From: Camelus ferus
Taxonomy: Eukaryota
Assembly (NCBI RefSeq): GCF_009834535.1
Contig: NC_045697.1
Span: forward strand, 47,370,001-47,434,000
Direction: 5' to 3'
DNA length: 64,000 nucleotides
In this document: piece by piece, positions 49,950-63,172 of the stretch
Numbering within the stretch: position 1 is the stretch's first letter
How the letters are laid out: the number at the start of each line of letters is the position of its first letter
Translations under genes and position numbers: made by a program
Notes under the pieces: model-generated
Databases searched by the model: none
Seen by the model: the letters and a program-made list of their open reading frames with translations, nothing else
What the model was told of the DNA's origin: nothing

Positions 49950-50645
49950 TGCAGAGAACCTGGGACACGGACACACTCATGGTGGGAATGGAAACACACA
50001 GTTACACATTTACAAACACTTTGGAAAACAGTGTTGCAGTTTCTTAAGAAGTTAAATGTACATCTACTCTACGATCCAGCCACTTCTTTCCTAGGTATTT
50101 CCACAAGAACACAGAAAGCACATGTCAGGATAAAGACTTGACTATGCATGTTCATAGCAGCTTTATTTACCAGCCCAAACTGGAAAGAACCCAAATGTCC
50201 ATCAACTGATCAATTTGCTAAACAACCTGTAGCATGTCCCCACCATGGGATAAACTCAGCAATAACAGGAAAAAACTATGGATACACATAACACACAACA
50301 TGAAGGAGTCAAGATAACCATGTTGAGCAAAAGAAGTCAATGAAAAAGAATGCATACTGTATGGTGGGGGCCGCTTATATGCATTACTAGAAAATGCTAA
50401 CTAATCTGCAGTGACAGAAAGATCAGAGGACACCCTGGAGAAGGCGTGGGTCGGGATGGGTGGGAGGCAGGTATACAGCAAAGGGTCGTGAGGAAACTTC
50501 TGAAGGAAATGGATACATTCACTGTCTTAACTGTGGTGACGTTACACAAGTGTATGCATCTGTCAAAACTGATCATGCTGAACACTGGAATTTGACACAA
50601 CATTGTAAAATGATTATAAATCAATACAAAATGTTAAAAAAAAAA
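49950..50645 (+). mobile_element. Old L1 3' region (L1MC/MD-like)
   Basis: ACACTTTGGAAAACAG...ATGTTCATAGCAGCTTTATT...CCCAAATGTCCATCAAC...AAAAAGAATGCATACTGTATG. Confidence 0.8.
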
Positions 50646-51688
50646 AACGATCAGACTGTATCGACTTTAAATGTGTGCTCTATATCTTACATCAATCATC
50701 AGTAATTTAAAAACAGCTCAGCTGGGCTCTGGGCGCTGCCTGGTCTCTCGTCTGTGACTCTCTGGCCTACCTGCTTCCCACTCTCCGAGATGCCTCTGCT
50801 TGCCTTCCTCCTCTCTTCTCAAACCTCACTGCTCCTCACTTCCAGCTAATGCTTGGCTTCTCATTTCATGGAGGAAACAGACGCAGTTGTGTGTCTCCTC
50901 TGCCATCCTTACCCTCCCAGTCTCCTAATTCTCCCCTCCTCTGCATGTGTGCTCTGCGTCCTCCTTCCGCCTTCAGTGAATGAACTCTCTGCTTCCCACT
51001 CGGGCTGGCCCCTCCCCTCCTGTCCCAGCCGGCCCCGCCCTACTCAAGGACTGGGCTCTGCAGATTTTCCCTCTGTCTTCTGCATTGTCAGATGTCCCCT
51101 ACTAGACCAACAGGTTATTCCCACCAGCATACAAACATCCTACAATATTTTACACCCTAACACACAAACAAATAAAACCTCCTTTGACCCTTCGTCTGTT
51201 TCCTGCTAGTGCCCCTCTCTTCTGACATCCTTTATAACAAAGCTCCAAAAGCACTGTCTTTCCTTGTTATCTCCAATTTTTTTCATCTCCCTCTTGAATC
51301 CCCTCTAATCGGGCTTTATCCGGCTCTGTCTACTGAACCTGTCCTTTGTCAAGATCACCAGTGACTTCTATGTCACCAAATCTAGTGGCCAAGTCTTAGA
51401 CTCTTAATTTGGAAGTCACATCCCAAATGGTCCTCTCTTAATGACAATGTTAGAGTCTGCCTTCAGCATCTTCTCCCAGGAATGTTTTCTATTCACTTTG
51501 CTCAGCTCCTAGAAAGGTGGCACTAGACTACAAGCTTGAGAGCAGAGGTTACTCTTCATCCTCTGCTACAGTCTCCGTGCCAGGGGCAGAGCGAAGTGCA
51601 TGACAAGAGCTGAGGAAGTGCTGGCTGACAAATGGACATCGGCACAGTGTGGACTGTCTCAGGCCAGAGGTGGGTGTGGGCCGGTGGA

Positions 51689-52228
51689 CAGTCGGCTCTT
51701 GTTGTTTGGGGTCATTATGTTCTACAAGGTCGTGCTGAAAACTGAATCAGTGAATCTTGAACTGCTGCTCCCGGGGGAAATACAGGGTAGAGTTCCTACA
51801 GCCGCTAGTCACACCTTTTTCATCCTGTTTCATGTGTGTTTCTGTTCAAAGACAACTTACTTCGTATGCACTGTTGATTCACTGACGGGGAGCTCACAGC
51901 AACAGCACTCAAATCCAAGCCGGGAGGAAGCTTACCTAATGCTCCATCGGGCTCATCGCTGGCTTCTTGTACTTAGGCCACTGGGAGCCATTTTAAACAG
52001 TGAAATCGACAAAAAGCACAAAACTTTGAAAAACCTGGCACTGAACAGACCGTGAAAAGGACACCTGCTTGCAGTATGGGAAGGCAGCATGCCTTGCTCG
52101 ACCTGAGCCGGGGATGAACATCTCGTCACTCTGCATGTCCGCGAGTGACCAGACAGCGTCCCGAAAATTGGCTTTGGGGTTACAAACGTTAGCAAGTAGC
52201 TAAGTTCACAAGGAATGACGATCAGTCG
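51689..52228 (+). mobile_element. MER82-like TcMar-Tigger element
   Basis: TTATGTTCTACAAGGTCG...GGGGAAATACAGGGT...GCCATTTTAAACAGTGAAATC...TTTGGGGTTACAAA. Confidence 0.8.
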
Positions 52229-52239
52229 TTTCTCCCTAC

Positions 52240-52356
52240 CTTTCTGGGGCGTGTGCAGTGCAGGCCAAAGGCTTCTCTCCTGGGTCAGCCCAGGGCTGTG
52301 TGGGCTGCACGGTGCAAGGGATCAGGTAGATGGTGTACTCCCCCGAGTAGTCCTTC
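52240..52356 (-). CDS. FRAS1: FRAS1 exon (117 nt), (R)KDYSGEYTIYLIPCTVQPTQPWADPGEKPLACTAHAPE(R)
   Basis: Acceptor TGTCTCCAG, donor GTAGGG, phase 2-2. Confidence 0.96.
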
Positions 52357-53689
52357 CTGGAGACATGCAGAGCAGACCGTGGTTACAGGGGACTATCTCT
52401 AGATTGTTTACTTACCCAGAAACACATGGACTTCATTGCACAGTTTTCAGGTGATTTTTGTGCTCAGCATCTAAGAACCTCACGAGTCTGCAAACACAAT
52501 TTTCAGGAATTCATCACTGATTGTTCTCACCTTCAGAGTATTCTCCAGAGGTGCTAAATAGAGCCACTCTCATTTATTCAAGAGCTTTTCATGGGAAATG
52601 CTGAGAAAGGCACACTGTTTATAAAAATCTAAAAGGCTCCGGTGAAGACAAAACAGGACTGGCCACTTCCTTGAGATTTCCATGAAACTTACCTGGCAAT
52701 TTCTTTTTAGTGTTTCCCATGGACTGACACCCTGCTACACCTTCCCAACTGCAAAAGCTTTTATTCATTGCGATGTGACCACGCCAGCTGCTGCTGCTCT
52801 GACTGAGGAGGCAGCAAGTGTCTCAGGGTTAAATGACCCCACTCCAGAGAACCCCCCAACCACCCCCATTCATTAGCATTCAGCTTCAGGGCTCCTCCCC
52901 TAAACTCGACAGCCTCATCTCTTTACCGAAGCTGAAGAACACTGTCACCTCTCATCGGGGATGACCTGCTGGGAATTTCTGTGTGTCTGGGGGGAGGGGG
53001 GCACAGGATTCTGCAGGTCATGACCCTGACAGCGTAGCGCCTCTGTAGCCCTCACCTACTTCATTTCCCACACTTGTCATCCAGTAGCAGCCCAGCACTG
53101 GCAGAGTGCCTGGAAGGCAGCCAGACACCCAGAAGTTTCATGAAGATTCTTCAAGAGCCTTGGGAAGCTGCCATCCATTGAATGAGGAGTGAAGGGCCAT
53201 GAATCTTAATCATAATTACTGTGATCTGAGAACAGTTCTCACACCCTCTGTGTTCATTGCTTTGACCATTTCTTTTGTATTATCTGTGTCTGTTTATTAG
53301 TAAAGTGATAGCAAAGATTTGGTTAAAAAATAATAATAGAACTTTAGGACACGGCTGCCTGGGCTCAGTCTAGTGGACTGGCACAGGCTGGGAACCAGCA
53401 GACAGTCTAACCCTGCCCTACTTTGCCTCTGCCATGGTTGTATGATTTTAGACAAACCACGCAAATTTTCAAGGCTTAATTTCTAAGCCCCTCATGCCCT
53501 GAAAGTTTGTATGTTTGCACGTCTGCATGTCTTCAGTTTTCCTCCATGGTCCTTCTCCCTCCAGAGCTTGGACCAGCAGGAAATGAGACCTCGTACACAT
53601 TTGAATACATGAAAATTGACCCATATAATGGGAATTGTAGCTCTTAATTAATAGAAATACTTCATTAGGCAGAACTGTCCATGCCTGAC

Positions 53690-54238
53690 CCTTGCTTTCA
53701 AAAAGTCAGGCCAGGTCACGTTGCCCAAACCCCGGGGGGCTCCTGCTGCATGAGAGCCAGTGACAAAGTCCACACACTGGTGGCCCAACCCCATCACCTT
53801 GCTCCTCTGACCTTCCCGCCTATTCCCCTCTTCCCTGTTCTCTCCACTCTGGCCACACCAGCCTCCTCACTGTCCCCCAGCATGCCAGGATGCTGTCACC
53901 CCAGGAACCTTGCTGGGAACCTCTTCCCCAGATACTCTGCCTAGGGAACTCCCTCACCTGCTTCAGGTCTTTGCTCAAATGTACCTTCTTACTGAGGCCT
54001 ACTCGGAACATGCTAATTAACATCACACCGCCACCCCCTCCTGATGCCCCTTCCCTGCCCACTACCTTTCATTCTTCCATAGCTCTCATCACCTTCTAAC
54101 ATGTGGGACTGCACTCATTCATTATGTCCACCTCTGCTGGCAGGGATCTTTACTTTGTCCACTGATGTATTCCAAGCGCCCAGAACCTTCCCTGACACAT
54201 AGCAAAAGCTCAGTAACTATCTGTTGGACAAATGAATG
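53690..54238 (+). mobile_element. L2 3' region
   Basis: CTCCCTCACCTGCTTCAGGTCTTTGCTCAAATGT...TGACACATAGCAAAAGCTCAGTAACTATCTGTTGGACAAATGAATG. Confidence 0.75.
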
Positions 54239-55896
54239 CAGGACAAATGGCGTGGTCTCCTAAGGCTGCGTCCTACTTTTCTCCAAGTCCCTAAACAGGA
54301 GTTGGGGTGATGGATGCAGTTCTGGATGCAGGTTTTTAATACTGTAGTTCTTCTCCCCTCCTTTCTGAAAACTAGACATTTCCCACATCACATCGTGGAG
54401 TACCAGTCGCCCTGTCTCCCCGAGAAGCCTTGGACAGCTCCCCAGCTCACGCTGGGCGGTCCTCCCTGAGCAGCTACTGTCTCAGGGTTCTGCACACTAT
54501 CGCTCCCAGTGCACACAGCACAGAGCACTTGGTGCTGTTTTGCACTTTGCCATTTATCTACGTATTTTACCTCCTTAACACAAATGTTAGCTCCTAAAGG
54601 ATGTTTATTCAGCACCAACCAGGTGCTAAAACCTGCAGCCCTGGGGATTGAAGATCATGCCTTTTACCCCTGGGAAGCTCACAATCTAGTGGAAAATGGG
54701 ACTCTACTTAGAGCATTATAATACACTGAGCTGCGCTACAGTAGAAGCTGGAACAACATGGGAGCAAGGAAGAGATGCCCCCAGCACTGCATGGGAAGTC
54801 AGGGAAGGTGTCAGAGGGGTCAGTATTTGAGCTGGAGCTCAGAGGAGTTTCATTTTGGAAGAGGAAAGGAGCAGCAAGGGCAGAGGGAATTGCTAAAGTA
54901 CAGAGGTGTGTGGATGGGCTGGTGGATTCAGGGGCTGGTGAGATATTTAATGTGGTGAGAAGGCTGGGTTTGAGATGAGGCCAGTGGGGAGGCATGGGTC
55001 TTGTTCAAAGAGCTGGACTTCATTTGGTAGGTGGTGGGGAATCAGCAGAGGATTTAAAGAGGAGAGTTTATCCGCCTACAAATTGGGACAAGTACATGTA
55101 CAATATCATGAGGTGCTAGGAAACATAGCCCTTAGAGGTTATTTTATTATATATTGATTTCAAAGGAATCATTATGTACAAAAAATACCTGCTATAAGAC
55201 CAAAAATTTATAATTAAAAATATTTTTGAAAATGATTCTAAGACAATCTGCTACTTCTTAACTGTAAAACTGGAATAAGATTTTCATGCTAAATGTAGAC
55301 CTTAATTTCACGATCTACTAAATGAGGATAACAACATTCACGAAAGACTCCATTATCCTTTTCACAGTAAAAGTTTTCATTTTGTTTGCCCTAGTCTTCC
55401 CTTTTACAAATGGGATATTTTACTGTATTTATCCCATTCCCATTCTACCTCCATATTGGGTGTGGACAAGGAATAAGTCTTGTTATTTATTTTATAGGAC
55501 ATTGGACCATAAGGGGTCACATCTGGCCCTGATGACCAGAGATTCTGGATTTTGCACTGGCTGTGGTAGTTGGAATGAAATTTCTTTACTGTACTACAGT
55601 TTTAGTTGGACACGCTTCCCAGCTTCCTGCAGGTGGCTGTGCCATGTGACTAAGTTCTAGCCAATGGGACGTGAGTGAAAGTGACGTGCACCCTCCCTGT
55701 TCTCGTCCTCGGGATAAGGGTGAGCACTTCCCGTTTTACACATCGGAAGCTGATCTCAGCTCCATCTGTTTCTCTATTTGCCAGGGAGTTGTTTCTGTCC
55801 ATCTCCTTTTTAAGACAGAAACCCAGCTTCTGAAGAAAAGCCCTTCAAGAAACTGAAACATTTCAGATTTACCCCTGAACTCCATCCCGTATTCAC

Positions 55897-56056
55897 CTGT
55901 TATACGAGCTTGTGGCTCTCCAGAGCTGATAAGGAGAATCAAAAGTCTGAGCACTCCAGAGTAGCTGCAGGTCAAATTCAATTCCACCGAGGTGGTCTGG
56001 AGTCAGTATGAATGACTTCACATCAGGGAGGGTGTGGTGCTCCATCACAAATTGTC
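55897..56056 (-). CDS. FRAS1: FRAS1 exon (160 nt), (G)QFVMEHHTLPDVKSFILTPDHLGGIEFDLQLLWSAQTFDSPYQLWRATSSYN(R)
   Basis: Acceptor TTGAAACAG, donor GTGAAT, phase 1-2. Confidence 0.96.
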
Positions 56057-56569
56057 CTGTTTCAAGGGGAAGCACACATACTTACTCATGAGCTTTATTG
56101 TACTTGTGGTGAATCCCCTACAAAAGCTTTAGAACTGAATGAATATTCTTCTATAAAACAACTTAGGTTATATCTGCCCCTCCCCCTTAGAATATATTCC
56201 ACACTGGATGGGAGGGCATGGCTTCTCACCCCAGCCCATCAGCCTACTCCCGACGGCCATTATGGTCATGTCTATATTTACAAACAGTACTAATGAGCCT
56301 TGTAGAAATGGTGCTAATGAGCATATTCACAGTAATAGGAGTCCTTATGTGACAGTGAACACTGAACACACTCAGCTATGAATTCCAACCAATACGTTTC
56401 TTGGAGGTAGAAAGATCTCAGTAGTTTATAAATACAAGTATCAACCAGATTAAAAAAAAAATCTCATTTAGGGCCATTCAAATCCTTGGTGGAAGGAAGC
56501 AATTGCAAACATCATTAAAAAGGCAAGGGTTACTCAGCAAGACACCGCCACTCTTTAAAACTACAGTAA

Positions 56570-57048
56570 TATAGAGTCATGGATGAATAACAGTAGGGAC
56601 ACTATTCTAGACTAAAAGAGCCTAAAGAGATATAACCACCAAATGTAACATTATGGAACTTGATTGGATTCGCTTTCCTTTTATATAAACAGATACAAAG
56701 TCAATAGAAACAGATATAAAAACAACTAGAAAAGACATCCGTGGGACAATAGAGGGAATGTGAATAAGGACTGGGTATCACTGGATCGATGTTAAATATC
56801 TTGGATCTGGTGATGCTACTGTGACATGTAAGAGAAGGTCCTTGTCTTAGGAGATGTCTACTGAAGTATTTATGGTAATTTGGCATGAAGCCTGCAACTC
56901 ATCTTTAAATGGTGTAACAAAAAAATGGGAATGTATGCATGTGTGTACACACACATAGCAAAATGTTAACAACTGTTAACTTTGTTCTTCAACTTATTCT
57001 TTCAACTTTTTCTCTATGATTGAATGTTTCTTAATAATAAAAAAAAAA
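56570..57048 (+). mobile_element. Old L1 (L1ME-like) 3' end
   Basis: AGAGATATAACCACCAAATGTAA...CTGAAGTATTTATG...GCAAAATGTTAACAA...AATAAAAAAAAA. Confidence 0.65.
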
Positions 57049-57076
57049 CTGAGGAAAAAAATGGCACTGATACTAC

Positions 57077-57184
57077 CTCTGAATTTGGCATGGGTCTTGA
57101 ATTCAATGACGAGACGGCCATCCTCTCGAATATAGATCCTTATTATCTGAAGCCTTGCAGAGAGCACACTGTCCGTCTGGATTC
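57077..57184 (-). CDS. FRAS1: FRAS1 exon (108 nt), (G)IQTDSVLSARLQIIRIYIREDGRLVIEFKTHAKFR(G)
   Basis: Acceptor CCTGCCCAG, donor GTAGTA, phase 1-1. Confidence 0.96.
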
Positions 57185-58853
57185 CTGGGCAGGCAACCAT
57201 ACACAAAACATCCAAGTTAGGGCTTGGAGAAGATCTCTCGGCCTGTAACTGCCATGTGAGTTATCCCACTGACACCTCTAAGTAGAGCTGCACATTCACT
57301 TGAATGCAACTCAGAACAAATTTACATATTTGCATGAACCTAGAGTCTATTTAGAGACATGTATCAATTAACACTGTTTGACAGTTCATTCTACTTGGTT
57401 CTTTGTTTTTTTTGTTTTACAATTCTGCTCTCTTTGATACAGTCTCTTTATACCTGGAGATGCTACTTAGCCCAGATGCAGGGTCCCAGCCCATAACTCA
57501 GAGAAAAAAAATGGGCCCTAAAACTTCTTACTTTCAACTTTACACCAGGATGTGGTTACAGCGTATCTGCTACACACTGCATTTTCTTTTCCTCACCAGG
57601 ACACATCTCAGGACTTAACAGAACCGTAAACAATGTTCTAGTGGCTACATTTAGTATTGACAGCCGCGGAGAATTAAAGGTTAGCCTGCAGAAGGCCAGC
57701 CATATACGGCATGACATGAGTCAACTGTGGCTTTAATAAGGTCAGTGGCAATCACGATACCCAGTGAGTTCAGTATGACCAAAAACTAAACGGCAATCAA
57801 AGGAGGGAAAAAATAGAGTTAAAAAAAACCCCAAACTCAAGGATTTATCTGAGCCAGAGCGTGAGAACTTCCTGAAGTTATTTTCCTATGAGAAATATAA
57901 AGCAAATAATGATTTGAGCTGAAACCATCTAACAGAAGGAAGGATTGTATTTTCCATTGTAAGAAATGAAGCCCTATCTAAAGAAATCTCCTCAGATCAA
58001 GCAACTCTGCCTCAGATCAAGTAAATCATCACCAGGGAGGGAGAGAGGGAAAAAGAGAGCAATAAAATAAGAGGAGATGAGCTTGGGGCTATGTGTGACG
58101 TAAGGGACACTGAAAATGGGAAAGAGCAAAAGTCGGCTCAGATCCACTGGGGTGAATGGAGGAGAGAATCGTGGGGTTTTGAGGGACATTCACGTGGTGG
58201 CAGTGGGAGAAGGTGTGTGAGGGGAGACACCAGAGAGGGATGTGAGCTCCCAGCTGAAGGAGAGAGGAGATAGGAGACAGGAGAGGGGGGGCTCCTCTCA
58301 AAGAGCAGTAATGGAGACAAGCCTGAAGTGAAGGTCACTTTAAAAATTCAGCATTGCAGTTCTTAAAGTAAAACTAGGGTTTAAATCTCTACTTTCAAGA
58401 TGCAACAAAGGAGCAAACTAGATGCCAAATGGAGAAACTGAGCCAGGTTGCTCTTCGCCTATTTTTCCATTTCTGTGCATCTGATTTTGCTCCTTAAACA
58501 ACAGGAATTGCACCATTCTTACCTAGGATAAAATGAACATGACTATTTTCCAAAAAATCACACACTTCTCCGAACCCCCTAATGGGCATATAGGACCCAT
58601 CTGTCACTTGCCATCCACGGCTCTGGGCGCTGTATCTGGGCTGGGGGCCTTCCAGCATCAACATGTGTGGACATCACTCTTTTTCAGGAACCACAGATCT
58701 ATACACTTTTTAGACTTCAGGTGGCTCTCCCTTGACTGAATATAGGACAACAGGATGAGGAATGCAGCCACTTGTAAAAGTCACTACTTATTTTTTTTCT
58801 CTTAATCTTGCTTGAACATAAGGTAAGACTTAATAAGACATCAAAGGATATAC

Positions 58854-59004
58854 CTGTTCTCCAGAGAACAGTGTCATAGAAGAAGGAAAACTCCATCTCG
58901 GTGTGGTGCTCCAGGGAGGCCCAGCCCCTAGGGGCCGTCACGTAGATGTAGGACACGTAGAGAGGCACGTGCACAGTCAGGAAAGACTGAGCAGAGTCCC
59001 TCAC
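58854..59004 (-). CDS. FRAS1: FRAS1 exon (151 nt), VRDSAQSFLTVHVPLYVSYIYVTAPRGWASLEHHTEMEFSFFYDTVLWRT(G)
   Basis: Acceptor GCTTGGCAG, donor GTATAT, phase 0-1. Confidence 0.96.
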
Positions 59005-60837
59005 CTGCCAAGCAAACAGTGTGCACACAGTGAGGGTTATTTCTCCCCAGGATGAAGTGCACATGAGCATCACGTCTCTATTCAACCTTCATTCACTCCT
59101 GTAGTCACTCATTCAATACTAAGTGCCCGTGATTGTCCCAGGCACCAGGCAGGTGAGGAGCTGGGTCCTCAGCAGTAGATAGAAACCCCAAATCACCACC
59201 CTAGTAAAACCTACAGTCTAGAAAGGGAGATGTATAAATTTTTAAAATAAAGTAAATAAAGGGATGGGAAGTGCCAAGATGCTTCTTTAGATAGGATGAT
59301 CTGAGAAGGCTTTTCTGAGGAGGTGGCACTTAAACAAAAACAGTTTTCAGGAGTGAGAAGTTTGCCTTCACTGTTCATTTGCACAAAGGCATGGCTGAGA
59401 TTTTTAAGAAGTCACAGTTATTCCTAAAGGATCTGGGGGATCTGGGATCTACCGTCAGCACAAAATCCCTGGCTGACAGACACTGGGCTAGATGTCTTTC
59501 TATACTGAGATTATTCGTGACAATTTCAGATGAGGTTCAGAGAGGTTATGTCTCGTCCAACTCTGCTGATATCTGATGAAGGAAGGTATGAGCCAGGACT
59601 TGGTTCTATGTTCTTTCTATCATATACCGGCTGTTACAACTCTTTAAAGAAGCAAACAATGAAACAGTTCTTTAAATACATTCTTCTGGTATTGGTTTAA
59701 GAAATGGGATGTATATAGTAAGAATTCCTTATCTTTGAGTTTTTAAGCATATTCTGAATAAAAATATTCAAAACTTTAGTGAAAAGAAAAATCATGGAGA
59801 ACAGAGAATAACAAGTTTTGAGGGGTCAGAGGAGGAACCAATCATTCAGCTTTGCATTTTTGAAAGTGAACGTGGGTTACATAACTGCAGAAATAGAAAG
59901 AGAAAGCTAAGAATATCTTAAAATTCTATTCAGTAGAGGGCAGTAGTGTATACAAAATGAGAATTGACCAAAAAACCAAAGGCATCTCAAGGAAACACAA
60001 ATTTTAATCCAAGGAACTTTCCCAAAATGATTAAGTCCCTCTACAGACTCCCCTCTTTCAGTGTGGTTCAACCTGGTTTGAAATGAAGAATGAACATCTG
60101 ACTTTTAGTTCATTGAGATAACTACTCAAAACTGGGTAGAACCTGCTTTGGAATTGATTTTCCCATGAGGACACACTAGCCTAGTCGCTTAGATACAACT
60201 GCCCTCCTATGACTATGACTACTTGCTATAACATTTTCTTCTGTTACTGATGTTTAATGACTATTAAACATCATTTTTAAAGTGTCTGTTTTTGCAAGGG
60301 TTGTCAGTGAGGCACAGGTTTGGACTAGCTACGAAAGCAAGGTGTTTCAAACACTTATCTCCCCACAACGCCCGGGACAACAGTGCTCCACTTGTCTGCT
60401 GGAAGACGGGGTGCGCCACCTGTCATTTTGACTCCTTTCCCCACGTGGGGAGGAGGACACACCTACTGAGTAATAACCTTCCCATCAAATGTAAATCTTT
60501 TGGGCTCTCCAAAATACACCCAGAAGAAAAAACGTATTTACTTAGAAGTAAAGACAGTTGGATTTTTATATAAATGACTGTGCCAGACAGTAATTTTTTT
60601 CATATTAACTTAAACATTTTACACATTACTTTTCCAGTTAATTGACTTTGGAGGGGGCCACTCTAGTCACTACTGCTAAGGAAGGTCTCTCCTGAGGGAC
60701 TTATAAACACTCCCTTGGTTGGTGCAGTTCTGGGGATGACTGGATGCAGTGATGTGGGAGATGGAGCACTTCAGGAACAAAGTTGCACCTGGCGCCCAGG
60801 TGCACGAGGCCTTCGGACAGGCCCACGGGGCGCCCAC

Positions 60838-61052
60838 CTGGAAGTCGGCCGTCACAGAGCCCCCGCAGACGTCGATCAGCTCTGTCATGTCGTAATAGGC
60901 ATCGAACGTCCAGACGCAGCTCTTGAGGTTCAGGTGTTTGTAGAGCTGGATGGTCTTGGGCTCCCGCACGCTGGGGTCGAACTGGAAGGGGCGGTCGTAG
61001 CCAGGCCCCAGGGCCGTGCTGTCGTAGAGCCTGTCGTCCAGGAATCCTGCCT
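60838..61052 (-). CDS. FRAS1: FRAS1 exon (215 nt), (E)AGFLDDRLYDSTALGPGYDRPFQFDPSVREPKTIQLYKHLNLKSCVWTFDAYYDMTELIDVCGGSVTADFQ
   Basis: Acceptor CCCCCCAG, donor GTGGGC, phase 1-0. Confidence 0.95.
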
Positions 61053-63011
61053 CTGGGGGGTGGGGGGACGAGCAAGGAACAGTAACTCAGTCGCTCAGTC
61101 GCTCAGCCGCTCTCTCTGGCTGCCCAGGAGTGGGGTGGGGAGGGAGGAGGTGTCCTTTTGACATTAGAGAGCCCTCCCTCCATCTGAGACTGTTCATGGG
61201 GCAGCCCAGGGCTCCTAATACGGCACTTGTCAGCTGCCTGCTGCCACGTGTTTAATAGTGACTGGGTTCACAGCCTCATGGAAGAGACTGCAAGGGCCCC
61301 CAAGTAAAGGTGAACACGTGAGACCATAAATGAAGAAGCCAGAGCTCAGCAGCCCTGCGCATCTTGGAAAAGAAAACACCCTGAAGCTTTGCCTGTCACA
61401 CCTGCCAGTCTGGTTCTGTGCTTTGCAATCAGTCCTTGAAGAAATGGATTTACCATACAGAGAATTTCTTGATGAATTATTATTAAGACTGATTTTAAAA
61501 AAATAGCTTTTATGGAAAGCCAGTAAACAAACATCTGACTACCTTCCCCCCACCTCCTATGGTTTCTGAACTCTTGGAGGTAAAAGTCTTAATTTTGTGT
61601 TAATGAGTAAACAGCTCGCTAAGAATGCTTGACTAAACCTCCCCTGCTACAGGCAAAAATTATTGGTTCAAACGCTGCCAAGCAACTGAACTGCTCTAAA
61701 TTAAGGAAGACCTTTATGCAGCAGAGCGCTGAATATAGATACAATTTAAAAATATCAGGGTTAAAATTTCTATAGTCCTCAGAGCAACTATAGTCTTCTT
61801 CTCAAAGAGCTGATGCATTTCTCTGAATGTCTGACACCAGCACCCAGCCCTCTGCCCCCCAAGGACTAGGGTCTCAATTAATATATGTTGAATTTAATTG
61901 TGTTTAAGTAGGAAGAGGTGCAAACTTTCAGCCTTTAAACACAGGATGTTTCTTTCACTAGCTGCATGTGTGGACCAATTAAACTTTCATCTGTAGCTCG
62001 GTGATTAACGAATCATTTACACTCCACTAATTTCTACTGTATAAAGACCATCACTACCCAAAGTGGTGCTTAATGAATATGGAAGAGCACATGAATGCTT
62101 TTCTATCTTCAAAAACACTGTTAAATGATTTATCAGTTGTGAAGGGAGGAAATGCACATTTACTGTGCACTTGCTAAGGTGAATGGAAACGGACAGGATT
62201 CTTTGTAAAGTAAAACGTCTGCCATGGTGAACACGGAGATGCGCTGTCAGCTCCTCCAGGTCTGCATCAGCTGCAGGGCCCCACGGCAAGCTCTCCCTGG
62301 AGCAGCGGGCATCCAGCGACTGAGCGGGGAGGAGCAGAAAGGTCTGTCCACTGGGTCTGGAAGTAGGACAAGCCTGACGGATGGGCTCTCTCCAGAGCTC
62401 CCTGAAGAGTTGGTTGCGGCTTTATTGGCTGCATTGCAGGCTGACTTCTCCCTCTGCCCAGTCCTGCCTCCTCTCCTTCCCTTTAAGAGATGTTGATCCC
62501 TAACGAGTATCTCATACCCCAAACTCCACCTCAGCTCTTGCTCCTGGAGAACCATCCTGTAACATCTAACATCTGCACTTGAGCCTTTGAAAATGCTGAG
62601 AAAACAGGAATTTAGAGCACAGATTTAAACACAGGAGAAGGAAGAAATTAAAATTTACCAAGATAAGGGCTTTAAAAATGTCGACATATTTAATCCTCAT
62701 CCTGATTGGAAGCAACTGTTATCCTCATGTTATAGATAAGAAAACAGTTGGCTTTCCAGCTATTTTTGTTCAGTTGTACAGGTAGTGAACCAGGGACTTG
62801 AAACTATCAGTCTGATTTCAAAGTCCTTGTTTTTTCCTATTCACTTCACTATCTGAGCTGCCTATATTTCGTTGCTTGCTAAGGAGGAAATCACTAATCA
62901 TGCAGATTTTGAGGCCCAGAAAACATGAAGAGCAGAGTTCACTTAGCCATATCCTTAAGGGTCACTGCGCTGGGCTGGGAAGGAAAAATCTGCACGGAGC
63001 ACTTCCCTCAC

Positions 63012-63172
63012 CTGAGATGCCTCTCAGGTCACGGGAGGTGACGAGATTGGAGCAGACGTGCTGGTGTCTGTAGATGGACTCAGATAACAGAAAATGCAAG
63101 TTGTGCAACGGCATGGTGGAGATAAGGGGCAGCATTCCGTCCTGGTGTGGGATCTGCACTGAAATGTGGATT
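63012..63172 (-). CDS. FRAS1: FRAS1 exon (161 nt), (R)IHISVQIPHQDGMLPLISTMPLHNLHFLLSESIYRHQHVCSNLVTSRDLRGIS(E)
   Basis: Acceptor TTTCCCTTAG, donor GTGAGG, phase 2-1. The gene continues beyond the right edge of the window. Confidence 0.96.

Noticed and set aside
51600..52055. 151-aa ORF
   Set aside because: Lies mostly within the non-autonomous MER82-like element and has no transposase motifs.
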